Shown one piece after another: positions 10,631 through 21,185 of a stretch of 64,000 nucleotides of DNA. Under the pieces are notes generated by a model. The model was not told where the DNA came from. It saw nothing but the letters and a program-made list of their open reading frames with translations, and did not search any database. This DNA comes from Prochlorococcus sp. AG-355-G23 (GTDB taxonomy: Bacteria; Cyanobacteriota; Cyanobacteriia; PCC-6307; Cyanobiaceae): NCBI GenBank assembly GCA_003278765.1, contig QCDK01000004.1, forward strand, positions 6,437-70,436, written 5' to 3'. Made by a program: the position numbers and the translations under genes. Position 1 is the stretch's first letter. Every line of letters begins with the position of its first letter.

Positions 10631-11341
10631 TTAGGTCTCGGTACTTCCTTTCCTAACTTTTTTTGTAATGTAATTGAATACAATCTTTCCTAAAACAGCA
10701 ATCAAGTTGCCTTCAAGCTCCTTAAACATTTTCATATTGTAAGTAAAAGCTTGATTAGCTTCATCAATAATTTCATCAGCAGTCTTTTGATTTATTGGAA
10801 GTTGATTTAAAGTAAGGGAATATTCTTCCTTGAATTTCTTTTCATCAGCAATTAATTCGAACTCATAAAAATTTAAACCATCATTTCCCTGCAAATTTAA
10901 TGCTTTTTTAGCGATCCTTTTCAAGATTTGCCCCCCAGATAAATCTCCTATATAGCGAGTGTAGTGGTGACCAACTAAGAGCTCTGGTGAATTTTTTGCG
11001 ACCTCTCGGATTCTTTCAACATATTCTTTTGCTGAGTGAGAAATATTAATTTCATTCTTCCAGTTTTCACCAAAATAAAATTTAAGATCATTTACAAGAG
11101 TTTCTTTCCTGAATAATGATTTAAATCCTATAGGTTTTATTACGGGATGTTCCTCATTGACCAGTCTTTCAATTTCTTCTTCCATAGCTTCATAAACAAA
11201 ATATAAATCACTAATTAATTTTCTATAAGATTTTTTTTCAACAACTCCTTTTAAAAAACAAGCCACAAAGCCAGTATTTTCTGCCATAGTATGGGATTTT
11301 TTTGTCCCTTCTCTTAATTGTCCTGCAAGAGCAACTGCCAT
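10631..11341 (-). CDS. ho1: Heme oxygenase (biliverdin-producing)
   Basis: [30 protein letters not shown]. Confidence 0.96.
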   Translation of the reverse strand: MAVALAGQLREGTKKSHTMAENTGFVACFLKGVVEKKSYRKLISDLYFVYEAMEEEIERLVNEEHPVIKPIGFKSLFRKETLVNDLKFYFGENWKNEINISHSAKEYVERIREVAKNSPELLVGHHYTRYIGDLSGGQILKRIAKKALNLQGNDGLNFYEFELIADEKKFKEEYSLTLNQLPINQKTADEIIDEANQAFTYNMKMFKELEGNLIAVLGKIVFNYITKKVRKGSTET

Positions 11342-11398
11342 ATATTTTGAATTATTTTTGTAAGTGTATTTAATCTACAAGGAAAATACATAAAACAG

Positions 11399-11830
11399 CT
11401 AATTTTTGTTACCAGCGGATGTTGTAGAGAATAGCTTATAAAGTTCTTTACAAACCAAAAAAAGGTTATCTTTTTGTGCCTTGTGCGGTAGATGAGTACC
11501 AGTCATTTCCCAATCACCGATGGTAGCCACTCTCCACCTCTCGGAGGGAACAATCATACCTCGCATAATTATTCCTAACAATTTCGGAACTCTGCCATTA
11601 CTATCATTTTCAACTCTTAATTGTAAGAGTATTGCTCTACATTCAATAAGAGGACTCCAACCAGGGAAATGAAACGCAAAATCAATGGAATCTTGCATAA
11701 ATTCATTATTTGTATTGTCCCAGGGACTAAAGTTTACGCTTGCATCTGGAAAATATTTCCGAAACAAAGCTGCAGTGGAAGCAATTTTATTAGCTATTTC
11801 AACATTACTTACATTTGAACTCGCATTCAT
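11399..11830 (-). CDS. Conserved hypothetical protein
   Basis: 143-aa ORF with DFAFHFPGWSP block, co-oriented upstream of ho1. Confidence 0.75.
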   Translation of the reverse strand: MNASSNVSNVEIANKIASTAALFRKYFPDASVNFSPWDNTNNEFMQDSIDFAFHFPGWSPLIECRAILLQLRVENDSNGRVPKLLGIIMRGMIVPSERWRVATIGDWEMTGTHLPHKAQKDNLFLVCKELYKLFSTTSAGNKN

Positions 11831-12041
11831 AAGTAGCTGAGTATTTTTTTGAAAATGACATAATTTGCTTTAAATTGCTTATTAACTACTTTTTCTTTTA
11901 ATAAAGATGTTGAAATGCTGATCAATAAACTATTCTCTATTCACATTTGAATAATAAATTTCTAGGTTTTAAAGAAAAATAACTCATCGCAAATTAAAAT
12001 ACTAGCAACTTCAATGAGTTATCTTTTATTAATAAAATGCT

Positions 12042-13469
12042 ATGCCAAAATTTGAAAAATTAACTTTACCTAATGAAGGCGAGATAATAACTTTTAATCA
12101 AGGCAAACCTAATGTTCCTAATAATCCAATTGTCCCATTTATTAGGGGTGATGGTACTGGAGTTGATATTTGGCCTGCAACTCAAATCGTTCTTGATTCG
12201 GCTATAAAAAAAAAGTTATGGAGATGAAAGAAAAATTAATTGGTTTAAAGTCTACGCAGGTGATGAAGCTTGTGAACTATATGGAACATATAACTACCTC
12301 CCTCAAGATACTATTGAAGCAATCAAACACTTTGGTGTAGCCATCAAAGGTCCTTTAACGACTCCCATCGGTGGAGGTATTAGATCTCTTAATGTTGCAT
12401 TAAGGCAAATATTTGATTTATACAGCTGTGTTAGACCTTGCAAATATTATTCAGGAACTCCAAGCCCTCACAAAAATCCCCAAAATTTAGACGTTATTGT
12501 TTATAGAGAAAATACTGAGGATATCTACATGGGAATTGAATGGGAAGCGGAGGATAATAATTGTCTTGAATTAATTAATCACTTAAATAACGTAGTCATA
12601 CCAAAAAGTGAAAATTTAAAAAATAGATCTATACCAGACGGATCAGGTATTGGAATAAAACCGGTGAGTAAATCTGGGAGCCAAAGGCACATTAGAAAAG
12701 CTATTGAACATGCCAAAAGATTATCAGGAGATAAAAGGCATGTGACTCTTGTACATAAAGGGAATATTATGAAATATACAGAAGGTGCATTTAGAGATTG
12801 GGGATATGAATTAGCAGTAAATGAATTTAGAGAGGATTGCATTACAGAAAGAGAAAGCTGGATTTTAGATAATATTCAGAAAAATCCAGAAATTACAATT
12901 GAAAATAATGCTCGAAAAAATTGAACCAGGTTTTGACAAACTTACAAATAACAAAAAAGCATTCATTTGCGAGGAAATTAAAGAAGTTATTGCATCAATA
13001 TCAAATTCTCATGGAGATGGAAAATGGAGAGAACTTATTCTTGTTGATGATCGTATAGCTGATAGTATATTTCAACAGATTCAAACTAGACCTCAAGAAT
13101 ATTCAATTCTTGCAACCTTAAATCTCAATGGAGACTATGTTTCTGATGCAGCTGCAGCAATTGTTGGTGGCCTAGGTATGGCTCCAGGTGCAAATATTGG
13201 AGATAATGCAGCAATTTTCGAAGCCACGCACGGTACTGCGCCAAAACATGCAGGCTTAAATAAGATTAATCCAGGCTCAGTAATTCTTAGTGGTGTAATG
13301 ATGCTTGAATATTTTGGTTGGTATGAGGCAGCTAACTTAATTACTAATGGTTTAAGTAAGGCAATAGAGCAAAAAAAAAGTCACCTATGATCTAGCACGC
13401 TTAATGGAACCAAAAGTAGAACCCTTATCCTGCAGTAGTTTTGCTGAAGAAATTATCTCAAATTTCTAA
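12042..13469 (+). CDS. icd: NADP-dependent isocitrate dehydrogenase; three +1 homopolymer frameshifts (12206-12214, 12915-12920, 13371-13379)
   Basis: [64 protein letters not shown]. Corrected C-terminus [10 protein letters not shown]...EEIISNF* ends at 13469. Confidence 0.93.
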
Positions 13470-14821
13470 TTTATAAAATTATTTTTATTTTCAAAAACTT
13501 TCCAAATATTAACCAATGAGTCCTTAGTCCCAATGTTTCCAGGATGAGTAACAATGGGAAGTTTTTCGTCATTTTTTAAATTGTAAGTCACCACTGAAAT
13601 GCCAGTTAAAATCTGTCCTTCAAGATAAACATAATCTGCATTAAGTCCTTTACTAAGAATCCAATTTGTTGTTATTCCACCTTTAGAAATCAAATATCCT
13701 ATTTCATACTTCAAATCTGCGACTAATTCAGCAATAAAAAAAGCTAGTAAATTATAAAAATTAAATAGTTCAGAAGCATCTAATGACATAAATTTTCTTG
13801 AAGTAAACAAAACAGGAGTTTTACCTTTCTCAAAAGAAAATCTTATTTCTTTCAAAAATTTACTTTTAAACAAATTCCTTCGCTTCTGATAATTATCTGA
13901 TGAAGTAATTTTAAAAAATTCAAAAACATCTAATTCAACTGGATTGCAATTACTTATCTCTAATAAATTATTCAATTGTATTGTTGAAAGTTCTACGTAA
14001 GATCCAACAATTATCAGTCCTGGAAGAAAACTCTTTTCTTTATTTCTTATTCTTAAATTAGAGAAAAATATTTCACTCTTAGAGACACATTTTTTCTCAG
14101 AAATTGAACTTATAAAACTTGCTGCAGTTCGAAAAAGGAATTTTTTTTGTTTAATTAATTTTTTAATTACTAAAGAAAATTTTTTTAGTTGAGAATAATT
14201 TTCTACATCTACAACTATATGTTTATTATTCTTAAAGTTCTTTAGTTTTTTAAAAACAATATTATTTTCTTCATCATTTAGCATTTCGATATCTGACAAT
14301 AAAAGATTTTGAATATCTTCAAAATTTATTTGCGATTTACTCTGCTGAAATAAAAGATTCTTGACATTACTTGTCTCATATCCAAAAATTTTATCTTTTG
14401 CAAAAATTGTTTGGCTAATAGGAGTTTTATCAACAAAATGAGATCCATTAATTGTTAATCTTTTACCCTCTATGAAAGCTGGAATATGAAAAGTAGCATC
14501 AAAAGGACCTAAGCAATTATTTAGAGTTTTTGGCTCTAAAAAGTTATGTCCTCGAAGAGTAGAGTCTCCTCTACTTATAAAAATAATTTCTTCTTCATAG
14601 GCTTGGGAAATAATTACAGTCTTAAGATTTTTGCAAATTTCTTCTATTCTAAATTTTGCATCATTTACCGATAGTGACCTTGTATTAGCCAAAATAAAAA
14701 ATAAATTTGATTTAGATTCAAAACCTTTTACTAAAGTTGAGCAGTCCCACTTAAGAAGTAATAAGCAATCGTGAACAGTTTGAGAGCCTGTGGGATCATC
14801 ATCTATAACGACAAATTTCAT
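13466..14821 (-). CDS. Four-carbon acid sugar kinase family protein (DUF1537)
   Basis: VIDDDPTGSQTV, SRGDSTLRGH, SKGGITT and PGNIG motifs. Confidence 0.88.
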   Translation of the reverse strand: MKFVVIDDDPTGSQTVHDCLLLLKWDCSTLVKGFESKSNLFFILANTRSLSVNDAKFRIEEICKNLKTVIISQAYEEEIIFISRGDSTLRGHNFLEPKTLNNCLGPFDATFHIPAFIEGKRLTINGSHFVDKTPISQTIFAKDKIFGYETSNVKNLLFQQSKSQINFEDIQNLLLSDIEMLNDEENNIVFKKLKNFKNNKHIVVDVENYSQLKKFSLVIKKLIKQKKFLFRTAASFISSISEKKCVSKSEIFFSNLRIRNKEKSFLPGLIIVGSYVELSTIQLNNLLEISNCNPVELDVFEFFKITSSDNYQKRRNLFKSKFLKEIRFSFEKGKTPVLFTSRKFMSLDASELFNFYNLLAFFIAELVADLKYEIGYLISKGGITTNWILSKGLNADYVYLEGQILTGISVVTYNLKNDEKLPIVTHPGNIGTKDSLVNIWKVFENKNNFIN

Positions 14822-14834
14822 AAGTATTTCAAAA

Positions 14835-15689
14835 TTACTTAAGAGATTTTATATGTATTGAGGCATTTAACCTTTTACTATCATTTGAAGGAATTATAAT
14901 GTTTCTAAATCCATCAATGAGAGAATTTCGGGGACTAGTCCAAGGTTCGAGACATATCATTCGTCTTGGAGGATCACTCCAAATTACGCCTAAATCAAAA
15001 GGATATGGATGATTTAAAGTTACCTCTCTTTTAAAAATTTTATCCCGAAAAGAGCTTCTGCCGGAAGTATACATAAGTAGATCAACTCCTAAATTAATTT
15101 TGTTTAATTCATCCAAAGTATTACTTATAGTATTTCTTTTTTGATCCTGACAATTAAGTGGATTATCAGCAAACACTAAATTTTTGAAATCTGAAACATT
15201 AAAATAAGGATGCAAACCAAAATTTATTGGCATAGCAAAGTCTGTTTTGTTTTGGATTTTAATTTCAAATTCTAAAGAGTTAATTTTTAAGGTAACTTTT
15301 ATTTTTAGTTCGAAATCGAAGGGATAATATTTTTTGGTTTTTTTAGATGCCTTTAATAATAAGCATAAAAATTCTTCATTTTCATTGAAGGAGTATTCCC
15401 ATTGCAAATCCCTAGCGAAACCATGTTGTGGTAATTGCAAATAACCATTTCCAAATACTGAACCAGAGGTATTGAGATTACCACAAATTGGAAACAAGAT
15501 TGGAATGCCTCCCCTAATACTTTTTGTCTTGTCCATAAATCTTGTTTCATCGAAATAAAGTATTTCATTACCATCGGAAACCCAATTTGTAATAACGCCT
15601 CCTCTTTTAGGACAAAATTTAATGTAATTGTTTTTATCTAATTGAAAGACAAAAATTCCTTGGTCCTTATTAGATAATTCAAGTTTCAC
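14835..15689 (-). CDS. Aldose 1-epimerase / galactose mutarotase-like protein
   Basis: IRGGIPILFP, QHGFAR, FGLHPYF, CLEPW. Confidence 0.88.
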   Translation of the reverse strand: MKLELSNKDQGIFVFQLDKNNYIKFCPKRGGVITNWVSDGNEILYFDETRFMDKTKSIRGGIPILFPICGNLNTSGSVFGNGYLQLPQHGFARDLQWEYSFNENEEFLCLLLKASKKTKKYYPFDFELKIKVTLKINSLEFEIKIQNKTDFAMPINFGLHPYFNVSDFKNLVFADNPLNCQDQKRNTISNTLDELNKINLGVDLLMYTSGRSSFRDKIFKREVTLNHPYPFDLGVIWSDPPRRMICLEPWTSPRNSLIDGFRNIIIPSNDSKRLNASIHIKSLK

Positions 15690-15698
15690 AATTAATTT

Positions 15699-16598
15699 TT
15701 AAATAGAGTCAACCCAATCCAAAATATGCTGATTAACTAATTCGGGTATCTCATCATGAGGACAATGTCCTGCATCAAGAAGAATTTCTTTTGTATTCTT
15801 CGGTATAAATTTTTTATAAAGATTTCTTTTTTTTGGGGTGTTCATCCACGGATCTTTCCCTCCCCAAAGAAGTAATAATGGTGCATTTAGTTTTGCGAAT
15901 AGCTTATCCAACGGCAATCCCTGAGGACCTGATGGATTAAATACACTTCTAAAAACATTAAAAGCTCCGAAATCTAGAGAAGGCTTCCTTATTGACTCAA
16001 CTAAAAAATCATCAACATTTTTTTTATCAACATAAACTTGATTCAAAGTTTTTTTAATATTTTTTGGATTTCTCATATTCTCAAAAATCAAACGTTGAAG
16101 AAGAATATTTTTCAAAAATATGCCAGCAACTGTTTCAATTGAAGTTTGCAACATATTCTTTTTGATAGTTTTTTCTTCACTAAAATATCCAGCAGCATTA
16201 AGTAAGATTACTCCTGCGTTTAGTTCATTTAATTCTGCACCAGCTGCTAATGCGGCATAACCACCTAATGAATTTCCAACAACAATTGTAGGTTTTTGTA
16301 TTTTCTCTTTTACATAAGCGACAACCTGATCTTTCCATAAAGATCCTGAATATTCGACGTCTTGAGGCTTAGGACTTTTTCCAAAACCTAGTAAATCCAT
16401 CGCATGAACTTCGTATTTTGTACTCAAAACAGGGATATTAAATCTCCAATGATCCGTAGAAGCACCGAAACCATGAATTAATAAAATTACACATTCTTTT
16501 GATGTTTGCTCAGGCTTAGCGGAAACTGTATGAATTGGGTAATTTAAAAAATTCCAGTTATAATTTACATCACTATCTCTCAAAGCTGACTTTTCCAT
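15699..16598 (-). CDS. Alpha/beta fold hydrolase
   Basis: HGFGAS, DLLGFGKS, GNSLGG nucleophile elbow, AGHCPHDE. Confidence 0.9.
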   Translation of the reverse strand: MEKSALRDSDVNYNWNFLNYPIHTVSAKPEQTSKECVILLIHGFGASTDHWRFNIPVLSTKYEVHAMDLLGFGKSPKPQDVEYSGSLWKDQVVAYVKEKIQKPTIVVGNSLGGYAALAAGAELNELNAGVILLNAAGYFSEEKTIKKNMLQTSIETVAGIFLKNILLQRLIFENMRNPKNIKKTLNQVYVDKKNVDDFLVESIRKPSLDFGAFNVFRSVFNPSGPQGLPLDKLFAKLNAPLLLLWGGKDPWMNTPKKRNLYKKFIPKNTKEILLDAGHCPHDEIPELVNQHILDWVDSI

Positions 16599-16641
16599 TC
16601 AGTGAAAATTTTATCTTAACTGATTCTAATAAACTTATTTC

Positions 16642-18009
16642 CTAAAGAAGACCCACAGGATCAGCTGCAACATCATCTGAAATTTTATTGCCATCATTTG
16701 GGGGCTTATCTTTTAGAACAATTCTTAAAAGTACAGGTGCAAGAAATGTAGTTCCTATGACCATTAATAAAATAGCTGCTTCAAGAGAAGGAGTTAATAA
16801 CTTAGCGCTTGTTCCTAGCCCAAGAAAAATTAAACCAACCTCTCCTCTAGGCATCATACCCAAGCCTACAACTAATCTATTTGTAGGTTTATCACTTGAA
16901 AATACCCATCCAGCTGCAATTTTTCCAATAATCGCAACAACTAATAAAAATCCTGCAACTACAAGAGCTGATCTGCTTGTTGGATCAAGTGGATTGATAA
17001 CTGATAAATCCATTCCAGCTCCAACTAATACAAAGAAAATAGTTGCGAATAAGGAAACTAAAGGTAAAACAGATTGTTGTATTGCATGATTATTTTTAGA
17101 ACTACTAAGAATCAATCCAGCTGCAAAAGCCCCTAAAGCTGCTTCCAATCCAATGGCTGTTGCCACGAAACAACACAATACAAGTATCACAAAAGAAGCT
17201 ACCACCACAGCTCCAGGAGCCTTTAATCTATCTAATAGCCAGTCAAAACCTGGAGCAGCTGTTCTACTTAATGCAATAGCAGCAATAACAAACACTACAG
17301 CTGCTGCAACTAATTTAACAATAGGAGCAATTTCTAAAGTACCTCCAGCAGCAAGGGCGACTACAACTGCCAGAATAACAATTCCCAAAATATCATCTAA
17401 CACTGCTGCACCAATAACAATCTGCCCTTCTCTAGTTTTCAAATATCCCAATTCACCAAAAACACTTGCAGTAATTCCTATACTTGTGGCCGTCATAGAT
17501 GCTCCTGCAAAAACTGCTGGAATTAGATCTACTTGGAAAATAAACATTAATCCAAGAGTTCCAAACGCAAACGGTAATATTACGCCAGCCATAGCAACAG
17601 TAAAAGCTTGAGCACCGACAGCTACCAATTCCTCTAGCTCACTTTCTAAGCCTGTTAAAAATAAAAGTGCATATAAACCAAGTGTTGCTACTGCTTGGAG
17701 CGAGGGAAAGCTTTCGAAATAAACATCAGGTACTGCTTCTGGGGGGATTGACGCTAATGAACTAATAACATTTACAAGTCCCTCATTTAGTTCAGTTCCG
17801 GCTGAGGGAGGTATCAATAAATGGAATCCTGATGCTCCTATTACAACCCCTGCAAGAAGCTCACCTACAATCGTTGGCAAACTTAGTCTTACTAATACTT
17901 CTGCTAATGCTCTTGCTGCTAAAAAGATCAATAAAAATCTTATAACTCCGATCAACGTTTCAGCAACTTCTAAATCATGTGCACTTAATTCAGCAATTAA
18001 AGAGTACAT
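16642..18009 (-). CDS. CPA2-family Na+/H+ antiporter (NhaS3-like)
   Basis: Many hydrophobic segments; TSIGIT, GAAVLDDILG, GMMPRGEVG. Confidence 0.9.
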   Translation of the reverse strand: MYSLIAELSAHDLEVAETLIGVIRFLLIFLAARALAEVLVRLSLPTIVGELLAGVVIGASGFHLLIPPSAGTELNEGLVNVISSLASIPPEAVPDVYFESFPSLQAVATLGLYALLFLTGLESELEELVAVGAQAFTVAMAGVILPFAFGTLGLMFIFQVDLIPAVFAGASMTATSIGITASVFGELGYLKTREGQIVIGAAVLDDILGIVILAVVVALAAGGTLEIAPIVKLVAAAVVFVIAAIALSRTAAPGFDWLLDRLKAPGAVVVASFVILVLCCFVATAIGLEAALGAFAAGLILSSSKNNHAIQQSVLPLVSLFATIFFVLVGAGMDLSVINPLDPTSRSALVVAGFLLVVAIIGKIAAGWVFSSDKPTNRLVVGLGMMPRGEVGLIFLGLGTSAKLLTPSLEAAILLMVIGTTFLAPVLLRIVLKDKPPNDGNKISDDVAADPVGLL

Positions 18010-18141
18010 TTAAGCATAAAAAATAAACTACATAATTGGAAGATAGTTTATTGAGGGCCCACTTTAAGAAATATGTAAGAAAAAAGCAAAAATACTCAAC
18101 AAGTGTGGATCTGAAGTTACAACAAAGATATTTTCTTAAAA

Positions 18142-20706
18142 ATGGCTATTGTCTGTTATATGTCTAATCCAATGAATTCCAACGAACCCTTTGATCTGCG
18201 CTTGCCTACACCAGGCTGCTATTTAGATCCTGAGAAAGCTGGGATGGATTCAGATGCTGTTTTTCAAGGAATGACAGCCCATCTTTTCTACACTCTTGGA
18301 AAGTTAGCAACCTCTGCAAGTCCTCACGACTTATATATGGCTTTGAGTTACGCAGTTAAAGATAGGCTAATGACAAGATACCTGGCCAGCCAAGAGGTCA
18401 TAAGAAAAAAACCACAAAAAACAGTTGCTTACTTATCGGCAGAATTTTTAATAGGTCCTCAATTAAGTAATAACCTCCTCAACCTTGGCATAACTCAAGA
18501 AGCGGAAGATGCACTAAAAAGATTTGGTATTGAATCTTTATCTACAATACTCGAAGTAGAGGAAGAGCCTGGATTAGGTAATGGTGGACTTGGTAGACTT
18601 GCAGCATGTTATATGGAATCATTAGCCTCTCTACAAGTTCCAGCAATTGGTTATGGTATTAGATATGAATTTGGCATATTCAACCAGTTAATCCGAGATG
18701 GTTGGCAAGTAGAAGTAACTGACAAATGGTTAAAGGGTGGATGGCCATGGGAACTTCCACAACCTGACGAATCATGTTTCGTTGGTTTTGGAGGCAGAAC
18801 TGAAAGTTATAGAGATGATAAAGGAAACTATAGATCAAGATGGATCCCTTCAGAACATGCTATAGGAGTACCTCATGATGTTCCAGTTTTAGGATACAGA
18901 GTAAATACGTGTGACAGATTAAGATTATGGAGAGCTGATGCAACTGAAAGTTTTGACTTTTATGCATTCAATATTGGTGATTATTATGGTGCAGTAGAAG
19001 AAAAAGTTGCATCTGAAACTCTTTCAAAAGTTCTATATCCAAATGATGGAACTGACGAAGGAAGAAGATTAAGACTCAAACAACAACACTTTTTTGTAAG
19101 TTGTTCTCTACAAGATATGTTGAGAAGCCTTGAAAAAAGATCAATTCCCATAACAGAATTCTCTAAGCATTGGACTGTCCAGTTGAATGATACACATCCT
19201 GCCATTGCAGTTGCAGAATTAATGCGACTTCTTATTGATCAATATCAAATAGGTTGGGATAAAGCATGGAATATAACTACCTCTTCAGTTGCCTATACCA
19301 ATCACACACTACTTCCAGAGGCTTTAGAAAAATGGGATTTAGGTTTATTTAATGATCTTCTTCCTCGTCATTTAGAAATTATTTATGAAATTAATTGGAG
19401 ATTTCTACAACAATTAAGACTACGTTATCCTGGAGATGACAATATCCTTCAAAAACTCTCAATAATTGATGAAGAAGGCTCTAAATCAGTGCGGATGGCC
19501 CACTTAGCTACAATTGGAGCCCATCATATAAATGGTGTTGCAGCTCTTCATTCAGATCTAATAAAAAGACAACTTCTGCCTGAATTCGCAGAATTATGGC
19601 CTGAAAAATTTACAAATGTAACTAATGGGGTTACTCCAAGAAGATGGGTTGCTTTATCTAATCCATCATTATCTAACCTTCTAGAAGAAGAAGTTGGTCC
19701 AAATTGGATAACAAATATGGAACTTCTTAAGAAGTTAGAAGAAAAAAAAGATGACAACAATTTTTTAGAAAAATTTGAGGAAACTAAACTAAATGGCAAA
19801 AGAAAATTAGCTAGTTTTATTCATTCAAAAACAGGGATACTTGTAGACCCATCAAGTTTATTTGATGTTCAAGTAAAAAGAATACATCAATACAAAAGGC
19901 AACATTTAAACGCTCTTCAAATTATTGCTCAATATTTAAGAATCAAAAATGGTACTAACAAATATGAAGTGCCAAGAACCATAGTATTTGGAGGTAAAGC
20001 TGCACCAGGTTACTTTATGGCAAAGCTAATGATTCGATTTATAAATGGTATTGCTGATGTAGTAAATTCTGATCCAGACATGGATGGTCTTTTAAGAGTC
20101 GTTTTTCTCCCAGACTATAACGTTAAACTTGGTGAAATTGTTTATCCAGCAACGGATCTTTCAGAACAAATTTCAACTGCTGGTAAAGAAGCATCTGGAA
20201 CTGGAAATATGAAATTTGCCATGAATGGAGCGTTAACTATTGGAACCTTAGATGGAGCTAATGTGGAGTTAAGAGATCTTGTGAAAAAAGAGAATTTCTT
20301 CCTTTTCGGTAAAACTGAAAGCGAAATTATGGATTTAAAAAATAATAATTATTCCCCCAAAACTTTTATTGATCAATGTCCAGAACTTAAAGAAGTTATA
20401 CGCTTAATTGAAATAGGCCACTTTAGCAATGGGGATAAAGAATTATTTAAACCTTTATTAAATAGCTTAACTGGAAATGATCCATTCTTTGTTATGGCTG
20501 ACTTTGAAGACTACCTAAATAAGCAGGATGTAGTCAGTGAATGCTGGAATAATAAAAGAGCTTGGAATAAAATGGCATTATTAAATACTGCTAGATCAGG
20601 ATACTTTTCTTCAGATAGATCTATTAGAGAATACTGCAAATCTATTTGGAAAGTTTCTCCAATGCCTGTTGAAATTACTTGCGATGTCGAAGAATTAACT
20701 AATTAA
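18142..20706 (+). CDS. glgP: Glycogen phosphorylase
   Basis: GLGNGGLGRLAAC, QLNDTHP, EASGTGNMKF (PLP lysine), FSSDRSI. Confidence 0.97.
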   Translation: MAIVCYMSNPMNSNEPFDLRLPTPGCYLDPEKAGMDSDAVFQGMTAHLFYTLGKLATSASPHDLYMALSYAVKDRLMTRYLASQEVIRKKPQKTVAYLSAEFLIGPQLSNNLLNLGITQEAEDALKRFGIESLSTILEVEEEPGLGNGGLGRLAACYMESLASLQVPAIGYGIRYEFGIFNQLIRDGWQVEVTDKWLKGGWPWELPQPDESCFVGFGGRTESYRDDKGNYRSRWIPSEHAIGVPHDVPVLGYRVNTCDRLRLWRADATESFDFYAFNIGDYYGAVEEKVASETLSKVLYPNDGTDEGRRLRLKQQHFFVSCSLQDMLRSLEKRSIPITEFSKHWTVQLNDTHPAIAVAELMRLLIDQYQIGWDKAWNITTSSVAYTNHTLLPEALEKWDLGLFNDLLPRHLEIIYEINWRFLQQLRLRYPGDDNILQKLSIIDEEGSKSVRMAHLATIGAHHINGVAALHSDLIKRQLLPEFAELWPEKFTNVTNGVTPRRWVALSNPSLSNLLEEEVGPNWITNMELLKKLEEKKDDNNFLEKFEETKLNGKRKLASFIHSKTGILVDPSSLFDVQVKRIHQYKRQHLNALQIIAQYLRIKNGTNKYEVPRTIVFGGKAAPGYFMAKLMIRFINGIADVVNSDPDMDGLLRVVFLPDYNVKLGEIVYPATDLSEQISTAGKEASGTGNMKFAMNGALTIGTLDGANVELRDLVKKENFFLFGKTESEIMDLKNNNYSPKTFIDQCPELKEVIRLIEIGHFSNGDKELFKPLLNSLTGNDPFFVMADFEDYLNKQDVVSECWNNKRAWNKMALLNTARSGYFSSDRSIREYCKSIWKVSPMPVEITCDVEELTN

Positions 20707-21166
20707 TATTTTTCTTATCTGGTGAATCTGGGGTTTGATGAAATAATCTATTCAAAATTAATCTATCCATATTTAATGGATCTGGGGCTAATTCATTTGC
20801 AATTTCTTTAAATTTAGATTCAATATTGTTGGATATTTTTGTATCAAATATTCTTTCCATTAATGCTTCAATTGAGTATAAATAGGCATTAACACTTTCA
20901 AGTTCATCTAAAGCTTCAGTAATTTCTGTATCAGAAATATGTTTTTCTTCTTGACTGATATCTTCATTTGATTCTCTTTCAGATAATTCTCTCTGCAATT
21001 CATCGGTAATTTTTGTGCAAAGAGTTCTGAAAGATTGAATAGATGCCCAATTCAATTCTTGTTGCTGTTTGAAAGTAGGAAATTGTCTAATCAGACGATC
21101 ATGCTCTTTATAAAATCTCTGACAATCAGAGCATTGACATGGTTCTTCAGCCAAAAGAAAATACAA
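20699..21166 (-). CDS. Conserved hypothetical protein with N-terminal CxCxxC
   Basis: AEEPCQCSDCQRFYKEHDRLIR followed by a helical acidic region; TTG start uncertain. Confidence 0.7.
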   Translation of the reverse strand: MYFLLAEEPCQCSDCQRFYKEHDRLIRQFPTFKQQQELNWASIQSFRTLCTKITDELQRELSERESNEDISQEEKHISDTEITEALDELESVNAYLYSIEALMERIFDTKISNNIESKFKEIANELAPDPLNMDRLILNRLFHQTPDSPDKKNIN

Positions 21167-21185
21167 TTCTCTTTATATCATCTCA

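Noticed and set aside
16688-17611. Long plus-strand ORFs (133 and 152 aa) antisense to the Na+/H+ antiporter, and similar shadow ORFs opposite hemF, glgP, glmS, acpP, fabF, mreB, mgtE, secA and mutS
   Set aside because: Antisense mirror frames of real genes; no motifs or independent coding signal.
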